Below, piece by piece: positions 19,632 to 29,422 of a DNA stretch of 64,000 nucleotides (positions within the stretch are counted from its first letter, which is position 1; each line of letters begins with the position of its first letter). A model generated the notes under the pieces. That model was not told where the DNA came from. It was given only the letters and a program-made list of their open reading frames with translations, and made no database searches. The stretch comes from an uncultured delta proteobacterium (GTDB taxonomy: Bacteria; Myxococcota_A; Polyangia; Fen-1088). The position numbers and the translations under genes were made by a program. Location of the stretch: assembly GCA_963767925.1 (NCBI GenBank), contig CAVYGB010000001.1, forward strand, positions 320,001 to 384,000, in the 5' to 3' direction.

Positions 19632-21853
19632 TCAGCCGCCGCGTGCGGCTGCCTTCACCCGTTCGAGGACGGCCACGAGATCCTTGACCTGGGTCTCGTT
19701 GAAGATCCCTTCCGGCCCCCGGGGCGTGATGTCGGTGAACGGCGACTCGTAGAGCAGCGACGGGGTCATCACACCGTGTTCGGTCAGGTGATCGACGATC
19801 AGGTTCACGAACACGATCTGATTGGCCCCTGGGGTCTTGCCGCTGAGAAAGCCGCCGAGCGCTTCCTTGGCTGCCTCCCGATCGAGGCCCACCAGCGAGC
19901 GTACGAAGAGTCCCAGTCCCTCCGAGGCGGTCCGGGCATGATCCAGATCCTCCCGGGGGCCGACGCCGCTCTCGGCCAGCATGCGCTCGAGCTCGACCAG
20001 ATCCGCTCCGGTCAGCGGCCGGTTCATCCGCAGTTTGGCGATGGCCACGTGGTCGGTGTGAGCCCTCAGGAACACGCGGGCCTTGTCCCGGAACTTCTGA
20101 AGGTCCCCGGCGCAAGCAAAGACCGGCAGGGCCACTTCCACGCTGTCGCCCTGCTCGTCGGGGATATTCGTGTAGAGGACCGTGCGTTGTTGCTTCTCCA
20201 GGAGCTTGACCAGGCCGCGCAGGCGCCGGCGTACCCGCTCCAGCATGGGCACCGTGACGTCCTGCCACCACCCATCGGTCTGTATCTCGGCGATGATCGG
20301 CAACTGCTCGCGGATCATGGGAATGCTCGACTGTCCCTCAAGCAGAACGGCGATTTCCTCGACTTGTCCCCTCAGGCGCGCGAACGCCGGCTGGGCCTTC
20401 AATCGAGCCAGCATCAGGCTGAACATCAGCAGGTCGAAGCGCTTGGCCTCCTCGGGCTCGGAAGGTTGCTCGGACGGCAACCCGGCCACCTCTTTCGCCA
20501 GCTCGGCGCGGGCTTCGGCCGGCAACTTCACCCACGCAGCGCTATCACGATAGGCCTCGATAACGCGCCGGCGAGGCCGGACCACGAAGTTGTCCAGGTT
20601 CATGGCGGCGACCTGACCGTGCAGGTCCATGGCGAGCGCATCCCGGACCTCCACGTCGGTCACGGGATCTCGGAGGGCGGCCAGGTCTGGCTCGGCTGCG
20701 CCGGCCGGGTGCTTGTCGCGCTCTCGCTTTCGATCGAGCTCGGCGATGACGTCCAGCCGTCTGGTGAAGAGCCGCTTGCCCAGGGATGGGCTCGCCGTTC
20801 CGTCGGTGGTCTCGGGATTGGCGCTGAAGAACTCCAGGTTCTGACAGTAGTCGAACAGATAGAAGAACTGCTTGTGCTCCCCGGGTCCGAACAGCTCCCG
20901 ACAGAGCCGGGTCCCGCGGCCCACCATTTGCCAGAACTTGGTCCTGGACCGGACGATCTTGAAGAAGACCAGATTCACCACTTCCGGAACGTCGATGCCG
21001 GTGTCCAGCATGTCCACCGAGATCGCGATGTGCGGCGCCTTGCTGGGGGTCGAGAAGCTGTCGATCAGGCTCTGCGCGTACTCGACCTTGAAGGTGATGA
21101 CCCGGGCGAAGTCACCCTTCATCTTGGGGTAGTTGACGTTGAACCGATCCTCGATGAAGTCGGCGTGCTTCTGGTTCTTGGCGAAGATGATGGTCTTGCC
21201 CAGGCGATCGCCCCCGTCGACGTGGACCCCCCGGGTCATCAGGTGGGCCAGCGCCTTGTCGACGGTATCGGTGTTGAACAGCCAGGTATTGATCGCCTCG
21301 GCCTCCACCGCGTCCGGGGACCCGTCAGGGTCGTCCCATTCCAGGGCGTCCCACTGATCCTTGGCCTCCTCCGTTAGGTCGCTGTAGCGGATCCCCTCGC
21401 GTTGAAACTTCAGCGGGACGGACACCGCGCGGGTGGGCACCAGGAAACCGTCGCGCACAGCCTCGTCCAGGCCGTAGGCATCGGTGGGGACGCCTTTCTC
21501 CAGATCGAACAGTGTGTAGGTGTTCCGGTCGATGTCCTCCTTGGGGGTGGCGGTCAGGCCCACCAGCAGCGAGTCGAAGTACTCGAAGATTGTCCGGTAC
21601 TTCTGGAAGACCGACCGGTGCGCCTCGTCGATGATCAGCAGGTCGAAGTGGCCCACGCCGAAGCGCCGCTGCGCCTCGTTCGCTGGCAGCCTGGCCTCGT
21701 TGATCATCCCCATCATGGTGGGGTAGGTGGACACGAAGACCCGGCATAGAAGCAGGCGGTCCGGGGATCGGCGCGAACCGATGAGGCCGCCTTGCTGGCC
21801 GCCTCGTGAACGTCCGGCCACTCCTCCCGGAGGAAGCTGAACTGGTCGCTCAT
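19632..21853 (-). pseudogene. hsdR: Type I restriction subunit R, large internal deletion with frameshift
   Basis: N-terminus MSDQFSFLREEWPDVHEAA..DPRTACFYA (21853-21743) is joined out of frame to RVFVSTYPTM..DEAHRS..GLTATP..QMVGRGTR; nuclease domain and Walker A absent. Confidence 0.85.
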
Positions 21854-21930
21854 GCCACCACCCTCTCCTGGTCGTGCCGCCGGCCTTCACGCATCCGCTG
21901 ATCTTGCGTCGCGGCAAGCCCTGGAGCCGT

Positions 21931-21975
21931 GTCGCAAGTTTTGGCGCAAGTTTGTCGCAAGTTCTGTCGCCAGTT
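21931..21975. repeat. Four direct repeats G(T/G)CGC(A/C)AGTT at 11-12 bp spacing
   Basis: Copies at 21931, 21943, 21954 and 21966, 80-120 bp upstream of the hsdR start. Confidence 0.75.
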
Positions 21976-22147
21976 CGGCGAGCGGCCTGGAGGGCCTGCA
22001 CCCCGCCTTGTCGCGAGAGCCTCGTACAGGGCTGTTGCCGATGACCCCCTTTCCCGCCGCCTTCGGCTGGGACGTCCTGTCCGGTTCCGGCTCACCACTT
22101 GCCTTCGGGCAGATAGGTGAGGTTGTTGGTGTCGCCCTCGTGGCGGA

Positions 22148-22491
22148 GCGGGATCGGCCGCGCCGGGTTTCACCCTCAGTCGAACAAGATAGCCCGCAAA
22201 AGCAAACTTTTCGTCTCGGTTCCAGACGCCCGTCTTACCGACGAGCTCGTGGCTGTTCGTACGATTGAAGAGGAGGTCTCCCCGTCGGACTGAATAGCGC
22301 TCCAGCTCACTATCAGGCAGCTCGACATGTTTCACGTCCCGGAGGTCAAGCGATCCCGAATACGTGATGTTGTTCATCCGAAGGACCGGGACCCCCCGGC
22401 CCGATTCGTTCGCCTTTACCGATGTTCCGTACTGAGTGTCGTCGATGACGTCCCCGAGTGGCACGACAGGCCAGCGGCTGATAAGGCTCAT
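22148..22491 (-). pseudogene. hsdS: Type I specificity subunit S, truncated within the first TRD
   Basis: WPVVPLGDV..QYGTS..VPVLRMNNI..GDLLFNRTNS.ELVGK..FAGYLVRLR, then unrelated sequence. Confidence 0.85.
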
Positions 22492-24024
22492 GCGATCATC
22501 TCTCGGAGCTGATCCAGATCTCGCTTGATAGCCGCCTCGAGCTTGTCGAGATCGAGTATCAGGTCGCGGGGTGCTCGGTGCTCAACCTCCTCGTGCACCA
22601 CCTCCCTGTACCGGTTGATGCCCAGATAGTAGCCTTGGGCCACAAGGTCTGACTTTGACACGCAGAAGCTCTGGGCGGTCCGCGGCCGCTCCCGCTCCGG
22701 CCCATTCCGCTGTTCCCATCGCCCGAGAATATCTGGCAGGTTGTTCTTCGCGTGCTCCTCCTTCGTCAGGATCACGTCCGGAACAGCGCCCAGCTTGTCC
22801 TCCCCCAGTAGCGGCGTGCGCTTGTCGTCCAGGCTCCAGCCGTCCGCGTCGCAGTCATAGAACCAGACGTGGTCGGTGCCGCCAGAGTTGGTCTTGCTGA
22901 AGAGGACGATGGCCGTGGAGACGCCAGCGTAGGGCTTGAACACGCCGCCGGGCAGGGAGATCACCCCCTCCAGCTTCTGCTCCTCAACCAGCATCCGGCG
23001 AAGCTCCTTGTGGGCCTTGCTCGACCCGAACAGCACACCGTCGGGCACGATCACCGCCGCCCGGCCACCGGGTTTCAGTAGCCGTAAGAAGAGCGCCAGG
23101 AACAGCAGTTCCGTCTTCTTGGTCTTGACGATCTGAAGCAGGTCCTTGGCGGTGTTCTCGTAGTTCAGCGAGCCGGCAAAGGGCGGGTTAGCCAGCACCA
23201 GGGTGTAGCGCTCCTCCTCGCCCGCGTGATCCTGGGCCAGCGAATCCTGGTAGCGGACGTCGGGGTTTTCCACCCCGTGCAAGAGCATGTTCATGCTGCC
23301 TATGCGTAGCATCGTGCTGTCGAAGTCGAAGCCGTGAAAGGCCTGCTGGTGGAAGTGCGCTTTCAACTCAGCGTCGCGCAGGATCTCTGGGTGGCGCCGC
23401 CGCAGGTACTCACCGGCCGCCACCAGGAACCCGCAAGTGCCGCTGGCGGGATCGCAGATGACATCCTTGGGCTGCGGAGCAGTCATCTCCACCATGAGGC
23501 GAATGATGTGGCGAGGGGTGCAACTGACCGTTCCTTCCAGCGCTGGCGATCTTGCCCAGCATGTACTCGTAGATGTCGCCTTTTGTGTCCCGGTCATCCA
23601 TGGGAACGTCATCTAGAAGGTCCACCACCCTGGACAGGAGGGCCGGCGTGGCAATCGACAGCCGAGCGTCCTTCATGTGGTGTGCATACGTCGAACCATC
23701 GCCGCCCAGCGTTCTCAGGAAGGGGAAGACATGTTCTGCCACCAGGTTGTACATCTCCGCAGGGGGCATGTTCTTGAACCTCGACCAGCGTAGATCTGCG
23801 TACGGACGTCCTTTCGAATCCTTCCCTTCCGGGAAGACCCTTCGCGCCATGGGCGTCTTCAAGGTGTTCGCCCTGTTCTCCTCCCTCAGCTGTTGCTCGT
23901 TGAGGCGTCGGAAGAAGATCAGATAGGTGATCTGTTCAATCACCTCCAGCGGGTTTGAGATGCCACCTGCGGCAAAAGCATTCCAGATAGCATCAACCTG
24001 ATTCCGTAGCTCGCCGGTCAGCAT
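22488..24024 (-). pseudogene. hsdM: Type I methyltransferase subunit M, frameshifted
   Basis: MLTGELRNQVDAIW, DPASGTCGFL, ANPPF; the expected GQFRTPRHII is broken near 23520 (CAGTTGCACCCCT, apparently 2 nt short). Confidence 0.9.
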
Positions 24025-24048
24025 CCCGTGGTCTCCGTGTTGCCTTGC

Positions 24049-25572
24049 CTATACAGGCTTCGTGCCAGCTTTGACATCGTACCTTTGCAGCCAGTTCGTG
24101 AGGGTCTGGTAGCTGGGGAGCCCCAGCAGCCCGGCCGCGCGCGTCTTGTTCCCGTGGGCTTCCTCCAGGGCGCGAGACAGGTAGTGGCGGGCCACCCCGC
24201 TCATGAGGTCCTGAAGGTCCAGTCCCTCCCCCAGGCTCCGGCCCAGGATCTCCGGCGTGGCCGCTCGACCTACAGGCAACAGGGCCTCCCGGGCGTCCTC
24301 GGCCGAGATCGACTCCCCGTCGCTCCAGATGACAGCGCGCCGGAGGGTGTTGTGCAGCTCGCGCACGTTGCCCGGCCAGCCGTGAGCCAGCAGGACATTG
24401 CGCGCCCCTGCGGACAGCTTCTTCGGCCGCGCGCCCAGATCGCCTGCAGCCTCCTGGTTCAGTCGGTCGAGGATGTGGTCCACGAGCAGGCCCAGATCCC
24501 CGGTGCGTTCGCGCAGCGCGGGGATCTTCAGCACCGCCACCGCCAGCCGGTAGAACAGATCCTCGCGGAAGCGCCCGCCGGCGATCTCCTCGGTCAGCGT
24601 GCGGTTGGTGGCGGCCAGGATGCGCACGTCCACCTTGTGTGAGCGGGTGGAGCCCAGTCGGACGATCTCCTTCTCCTGCAGCGCCCGCAGCAGCTTCACC
24701 TGGGCGGGCAGCGGTAGCTCTCCCAGTTCGTCCAGGAACAGCGTGCCCCCGTGGGCGTCCTCGAAGTACCCCTTGCGGGCCCGGTCGGCGCCGGTGAAGG
24801 CACCCCGGTCGTGACCGAACAGCTCCGACTCGATGAGCTCGGTCGGGATGGCGCCGCAGTTCACGGTGATGAAGGGCTGATCCTTGCGCAGGCTGGACTG
24901 GTGGATCGCTCGGGCCAGCATCTCCTTGCCGGTCCCTGACTCGCCCTCGATCAGCACCGGCACGTTGTGCACGGCCACCCGGCGGGCGCGCTGTACCAGC
25001 CGCTGCATCACCCGGCTGCGGTGCACGATGTCCGCGAACTCCGGCGTCGCGGGCGGCGCGGCGGCGCTGCCCTGACGCAGGCGTTCGTCCCGCTCACGCA
25101 TCAGGTCGGGCAGGAAGTCCGCGGAGATCTCGAAGGGTACGGAGGCCACGCGAACGCCGTGCTCCTTCGATGACTCGATCAGGTCGGCAGGGTGGCGGGT
25201 TTTGCCGAGGATTATCCAGACTGCCGCCATGGCCGGCGTGCCGGGACTGAGGTGGAAGCAGAGCGACGTCTCCCGCGCTGGCCGTCCCCCGAGCGCTCGC
25301 GCGCAGCCGCGCAGAGCTGCTTCGTAGATCTCGCCGAAGTTGGTGGGGCCGGTCAGTCGTTCCGGGATGACCTCGAGGGGGACCTTGGTGCGTCCCTTCA
25401 GCCAAGAAAGGTAAGGCGTCACGAGCTCTTCCGCGTAGTCCGAGAGCAGGAAGATCTCGTCGAAGGGCAGGGCGCCGAGCGCCTGGGCTATCGGTCCGAG
25501 GCCCACGAGCGCGCCCTCCGTGGGCGCACGCAGGTCGGTCCGGCCAAGCCAGGCCAGGAGCACGCGGCGCAC
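24049..25572 (-). CDS. Sigma-54-dependent activator with RtcR/CARF-like N-terminal domain
   Basis: GESGTGKE, ESELFGH..GAFTGA, FLDELGE, WPGNVREL, Fis-type HTH; N-terminal LLAWLGRTDL..FHLSPGTPAM with no REC/PAS/GAF. Confidence 0.88.
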   Translation of the reverse strand: MRRVLLAWLGRTDLRAPTEGALVGLGPIAQALGALPFDEIFLLSDYAEELVTPYLSWLKGRTKVPLEVIPERLTGPTNFGEIYEAALRGCARALGGRPARETSLCFHLSPGTPAMAAVWIILGKTRHPADLIESSKEHGVRVASVPFEISADFLPDLMRERDERLRQGSAAAPPATPEFADIVHRSRVMQRLVQRARRVAVHNVPVLIEGESGTGKEMLARAIHQSSLRKDQPFITVNCGAIPTELIESELFGHDRGAFTGADRARKGYFEDAHGGTLFLDELGELPLPAQVKLLRALQEKEIVRLGSTRSHKVDVRILAATNRTLTEEIAGGRFREDLFYRLAVAVLKIPALRERTGDLGLLVDHILDRLNQEAAGDLGARPKKLSAGARNVLLAHGWPGNVRELHNTLRRAVIWSDGESISAEDAREALLPVGRAATPEILGRSLGEGLDLQDLMSGVARHYLSRALEEAHGNKTRAAGLLGLPSYQTLTNWLQRYDVKAGTKPV

Positions 25573-25585
25573 GGATGAGAAGGGT

Positions 25586-25619
25586 ACAAGAAAACTTGTG
25601 AGGCCGCAAGACTACTTGT
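25586..25619. promoter_or_regulatory. Tandem inverted repeats RCAAG-N4-CTTGT, candidate enhancer (UAS)
   Basis: ACAAG-aaaa-CTTGT at 25586-25599 and GCAAG-acta-CTTGT at 25606-25619, 20 bp apart. Confidence 0.6.
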
Positions 25620-25674
25620 CTCTCCCCGCAGGCGTCAGTTCGGGCAGGACGGCGAGCGTACGCCGCGCTTCTCG

Positions 25675-25689
25675 TGGCATGGAAGGTGA
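25675..25689 (+). promoter_or_regulatory. Possible sigma-54 promoter with non-canonical -12
   Basis: TGGCATGGAAGGTGA = GG-N10-GA instead of GG-N10-GC. Confidence 0.35.
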
Positions 25690-25702
25690 AATGGGCACAT
25701 CC

Positions 25703-27394
25703 ATGACAAACCGAATACCGGGAGGCATCACCGTCTCCGTGGACTGCTCCGATGAGCTGGTCGCCGCCGAGGTCAGGGATCTCCGACCCGCCAGCATCAC
25801 CCTGTTCGCCCACCTCGCCAGCGACCAGCGCGAGGAGCTGGCGCACGATGCCTGGACAATCGGCCTGCGCGCCCTCGGCAACGCTTACGCCGCAGGCCAG
25901 GAGGCGCGGCTGGCGGACGTGGGTGGCCAGCTCATCGCCGACATCGACCAGCAACTTCAGCGTCACATCCAGAGTCAGCAGCAGACCATGACCTCGGTCA
26001 TGGCGCGCTTCTTCGATCCCAGCGATGGCCAGGTCACCCAGCGGCTGTCGGCCTTCGTGGATGACCAGGGAGTCCTGGCGCGGCTGCTCGACCGGTTCCT
26101 TTCACCGCGGAATGGCGTCCTGGCCGAGGCGCTGGCGCGGCAGGTGGGGGAGAGCAGCCCTCTGTTCAAGAAGTTGAGCCTGACCGACAGCGAGGGGCTG
26201 GTGAAGGTCCTCGAAGGGCAGCTCCGTTGCGTTCTTCACGAGGGCCGTGCGGAACTGGTGCGGGCTCTGGACCCGCTGGCGGAGGATGGCGCTGTCGGGC
26301 GCCTGCTCCGGAGTCTCCGGAACGAGATCGAAGAGGCGAACCACGACCGGTCGCGCCAGCTGGCCACCGCCTTGTCGGCTCTTGACGCCAACGACGAGGA
26401 GTCGTTGCTAAGTCGCCTCATCCGGGAGACCAGCCAGGCCCGTCAGGAGGTTCTGAATGCCGTCAATCCCGAGTCACCGTTGTCCCCCATGGCCATCTTG
26501 AGGACCAGCCTCACCGCGCTGCTGAAGGAGCAGGGGGCTCTACAGCTGGACGCCATGCGCCAGCAGCGCGAGCGGCAGGAGCAGTTCGAGAAGGAGATCC
26601 GCGAAGCATTGGCCCGGATCGAGACCCGGCGGACTCAGGAGCGGAGGTCCACTTGGGGCGGCCTCGTCTTCGAGGATGCGGTGGTGCACTTCCTGGGCGA
26701 CGTGACGAAAGGGGCTCCCTGCGTCTTCGAGGTCACCGGCTGCAGCGTGGGGGAGGTCGACCGCTGCAAGAAGGGCGACGCGGTCCTTCGCTTCACCGCC
26801 GAGAGCGCCTTCGCCGGCGCCGGCGTGGTCTTCGAGGCCAAGCGCGAGCACGGGTATACCGTGCAGAAGGCGCTCGACGAGCTGGACCTGGCTCGCAAGA
26901 ACCGGAATGCCGTGGCCGGCGTGTTCGTCCTGGCGCGATCACACGCCGCCGAAGGGTTTCCCACCTTCGCCCGCTACGGTAGCAACGTCCTCGTCACCTG
27001 GGACGACGACGACCCGGCGACCAACGCCTACCTGCGGGCTGCCACCCTGCTCGGCATGGGCCTTGTCACCCGGAATCGGAACACGGGCGGCGCCAGTGAC
27101 GTCACCGCCCTTCGCGACGTCGGAGGTCGGATCGAGGCGGAGGTGAACCGCCTGGAGAAGATGGACCGGTGCAACGCCGCCATTCGCCGGAACTCCGACG
27201 GCATCGGGGAGGAGACCCGCAAGGCGCGCAAGGCGCTCGACATCTTGCTGCGCAAGACCAAGGAAACCCTCCAGTCGCTGAACGTCGAGCTCCGGGACGA
27301 AGAAGCGGAGAGGAATTCACCGCTGACGCTGACCGAGTCGAGTCACCCAGCGCCAGCAGGTGTAGCTGATGACGACGAAGGCAAGGCGGCGTGA
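25703..27394 (+). CDS. Coiled-coil protein with C-terminal PD-(D/E)xK-like nuclease (DUF2130/RmuC-like architecture)
   Basis: Long helical region followed by GLVFEDAV..KKGDAVL..VVFEAK; start 25691 or 25703. Confidence 0.6.
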   Translation: MTNRIPGGITVSVDCSDELVAAEVRDLRPASITLFAHLASDQREELAHDAWTIGLRALGNAYAAGQEARLADVGGQLIADIDQQLQRHIQSQQQTMTSVMARFFDPSDGQVTQRLSAFVDDQGVLARLLDRFLSPRNGVLAEALARQVGESSPLFKKLSLTDSEGLVKVLEGQLRCVLHEGRAELVRALDPLAEDGAVGRLLRSLRNEIEEANHDRSRQLATALSALDANDEESLLSRLIRETSQARQEVLNAVNPESPLSPMAILRTSLTALLKEQGALQLDAMRQQRERQEQFEKEIREALARIETRRTQERRSTWGGLVFEDAVVHFLGDVTKGAPCVFEVTGCSVGEVDRCKKGDAVLRFTAESAFAGAGVVFEAKREHGYTVQKALDELDLARKNRNAVAGVFVLARSHAAEGFPTFARYGSNVLVTWDDDDPATNAYLRAATLLGMGLVTRNRNTGGASDVTALRDVGGRIEAEVNRLEKMDRCNAAIRRNSDGIGEETRKARKALDILLRKTKETLQSLNVELRDEEAERNSPLTLTESSHPAPAGVADDDEGKAA

Positions 27395-27536
27395 GTTGGC
27401 CTCGACAGGAGCGACGGCGCCGTATCGTCGTTTCGGGTCGGCGGTGCATGAGACGCGGCTCCGCCCCGTCGACCGCGCAGGAACGCATACGGGGCCGGTC
27501 GAACGGAGCCTCGAAGGTGCAGGCCCGGGGAACGGG

Positions 27537-28247
27537 TCAGGGGAGGGGGCGGGTCGAGAGCTCGATCCAGCCGAGGATGCCGGGGGCGGCGCCGGCGGGT
27601 ACGACGGCGAGGATGGGGTAGCGTTTCTGGCCGAGCTCGACGGTGTCGCCGGCCGCCAGGTCGACGTCGCGCTCGGCGCTGGTGAAGGTGCCGTCGGCGC
27701 GGACGGCGCTCTCGTTGACGTGAAAGCGGGCCCGGCCGGCCTCGATGGTGATGGCGCTGAACTCGAAGGGGGCCAGGCTGGCGCGCCCGCCGACCGGGAG
27801 CACGAGGCCGTCGGCGGCGAGGGTGACGCCGGGGGCGCTGACGGCGCGGCCGTCGAGGACGACGCCCGGGATGGGGCTGCCGCTGGCGGCGCGGATGTCG
27901 CCGACCTCGACCACCCGGTAGAGCCCGCCGCAGGCGAACAGGTCTCCCTTGCCCACCGTCTGGCGGCTTCCGCCGTTGCGGGTGCCGAGCAGGGTCGCCG
28001 CTCCGCCGCTCACCGAGACCACGCCGACCGAACAATCGGCCAGGCGTCCCTGGGTGCCCTGAAGGATCGCCACGGTGTTCGCTGGATCGAGCGCCCCGGA
28101 GGGCTGGGTTTCAGTCATCGGATTCTCCATCGCGCCTGCAGGGGTCATCGTCATTCGCGCCGGCTCGGCGCCGCAGCCGACCAGGCAGGCCGAGCTGCTG
28201 CAGGCGGCGACCAGGGTGGCCAGGGGAAGCAAGATCTGTCTCTTCAT
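27537..28247 (-). CDS. Hypothetical lipoprotein (possible immunity/inhibitor partner)
   Basis: MKRQILLPLATLVAAC signal/lipobox; 11 nt downstream of the protease gene, GAGGA SD. Confidence 0.7.
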   Translation of the reverse strand: MKRQILLPLATLVAACSSSACLVGCGAEPARMTMTPAGAMENPMTETQPSGALDPANTVAILQGTQGRLADCSVGVVSVSGGAATLLGTRNGGSRQTVGKGDLFACGGLYRVVEVGDIRAASGSPIPGVVLDGRAVSAPGVTLAADGLVLPVGGRASLAPFEFSAITIEAGRARFHVNESAVRADGTFTSAERDVDLAAGDTVELGQKRYPILAVVPAGAAPGILGWIELSTRPLP

Positions 28248-28258
28248 GGCAGTCCTCA

Positions 28259-29260
28259 TCAACCGAAGATGCGCCCGAACGGGGCGCGGAACCGGTCGAG
28301 CAGGTGACTCTGCCCCACCTGCCAGCCAGCGACCACCCCGGAATCCACCAGCTTCTGGTAGGGAACCCAGCCGCCGTCGCTCTCCTTGGGGCTGCCCGGC
28401 TGCACGTTGGGGTCGTCGTCCCAGGGGTTGTAGAGCTTGACCATCGGCACGCCGTCGCGCACCTGCGCGTCGACAACCGAATAGCTGTGCCACCACACCA
28501 GATCCATGTCACCCAGGGCCTTCTGCTTCTTGTCGTCGGCGCCGCCCTTCGGGTCGGCGATCATGTCCAGCACCACCGGCGCGCTGAAGGCCAGCTTGCC
28601 CTGGAGCTGCTCGAACGAGAGATTCCGGGCCGGGGTGAAGGTGGCCTCGCGCCCGGTCAGCTCTTCCATGGCCGCCTCCGCGTTGCCGCCGTTGCCGATC
28701 TTCGAGTAGCCGCCCTTCATCTGGGCGTAGGCCTTCTCGATGATGCGCGGCCACAGCTCGGTCGTGCCGCCGACAACGTCGCCGGGCCCGGCCGCCTGCT
28801 GCGAGAAGCTGCTGGCGTCGACGACCTGATCCTTGCGCTCCAGCCGGCCCGAGGCCGGGTTGCGCTCGAACAGCTTGACGTTGAAGGTGCCGTCGCCGTT
28901 GTCGGTGATCATGTTCCGCACGAAGGTGGGGTCCGCCCTGGCCAGGGCCCCCATCGTGCCGACCAGATAGCAGTTGGACAGCCCTTCCTGGTCGATGTCG
29001 TCCCAGTCGACGACGTGCCCATCGCCGGCCCCGAGGACGAAAGCCGCCGTCGGCCCCGACACCGGCACCTGGACATCCTGCGGGGAGGGCGCCGCGGCCG
29101 CCCCGAAGGCCGCCCAGTCGATCTCGTCGAGCCACCGCGACGCCCCGCCCTCGTCCCGCTCGGTGACGGCCGGCGAGAAGCCCGTCGTGTGGTCGAAGTC
29201 TCCCGCAGGGGACGCCCCCGCAAACGGTTCATATCGAGACGAGATGGAATCCAGACGCAT
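28259..29260 (-). CDS. Calpain-like C2-family cysteine protease
   Basis: DIDQEGLSNCYL (Gln, Cys), ELWPRIIEKAYA, HSYSV (His), LYNPW (Asn). Confidence 0.85.
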   Translation of the reverse strand: MRLDSISSRYEPFAGASPAGDFDHTTGFSPAVTERDEGGASRWLDEIDWAAFGAAAAPSPQDVQVPVSGPTAAFVLGAGDGHVVDWDDIDQEGLSNCYLVGTMGALARADPTFVRNMITDNGDGTFNVKLFERNPASGRLERKDQVVDASSFSQQAAGPGDVVGGTTELWPRIIEKAYAQMKGGYSKIGNGGNAEAAMEELTGREATFTPARNLSFEQLQGKLAFSAPVVLDMIADPKGGADDKKQKALGDMDLVWWHSYSVVDAQVRDGVPMVKLYNPWDDDPNVQPGSPKESDGGWVPYQKLVDSGVVAGWQVGQSHLLDRFRAPFGRIFG

Positions 29261-29422
29261 GGGGCTCTCCTGCAGGCTGAGTGTCACCGGCCGTCGACGC
29301 GACCGTCCCCCCTGCTTCGGCCCCTCATCGGGCAAGTTGCGTATTCTTCGAGCCTCACCAGCTCCCCCCCGCCCAGCGTGTCCCGGCGCACGCCGCAGAC
29401 TTGTCGATGAATGCTCGCGGGG

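Noticed and set aside
29325..29355. Sigma-28-like promoter (..GAAG..CCGATGA) upstream of the calpain gene
   Set aside because: The -35 match and spacing are too loose to support
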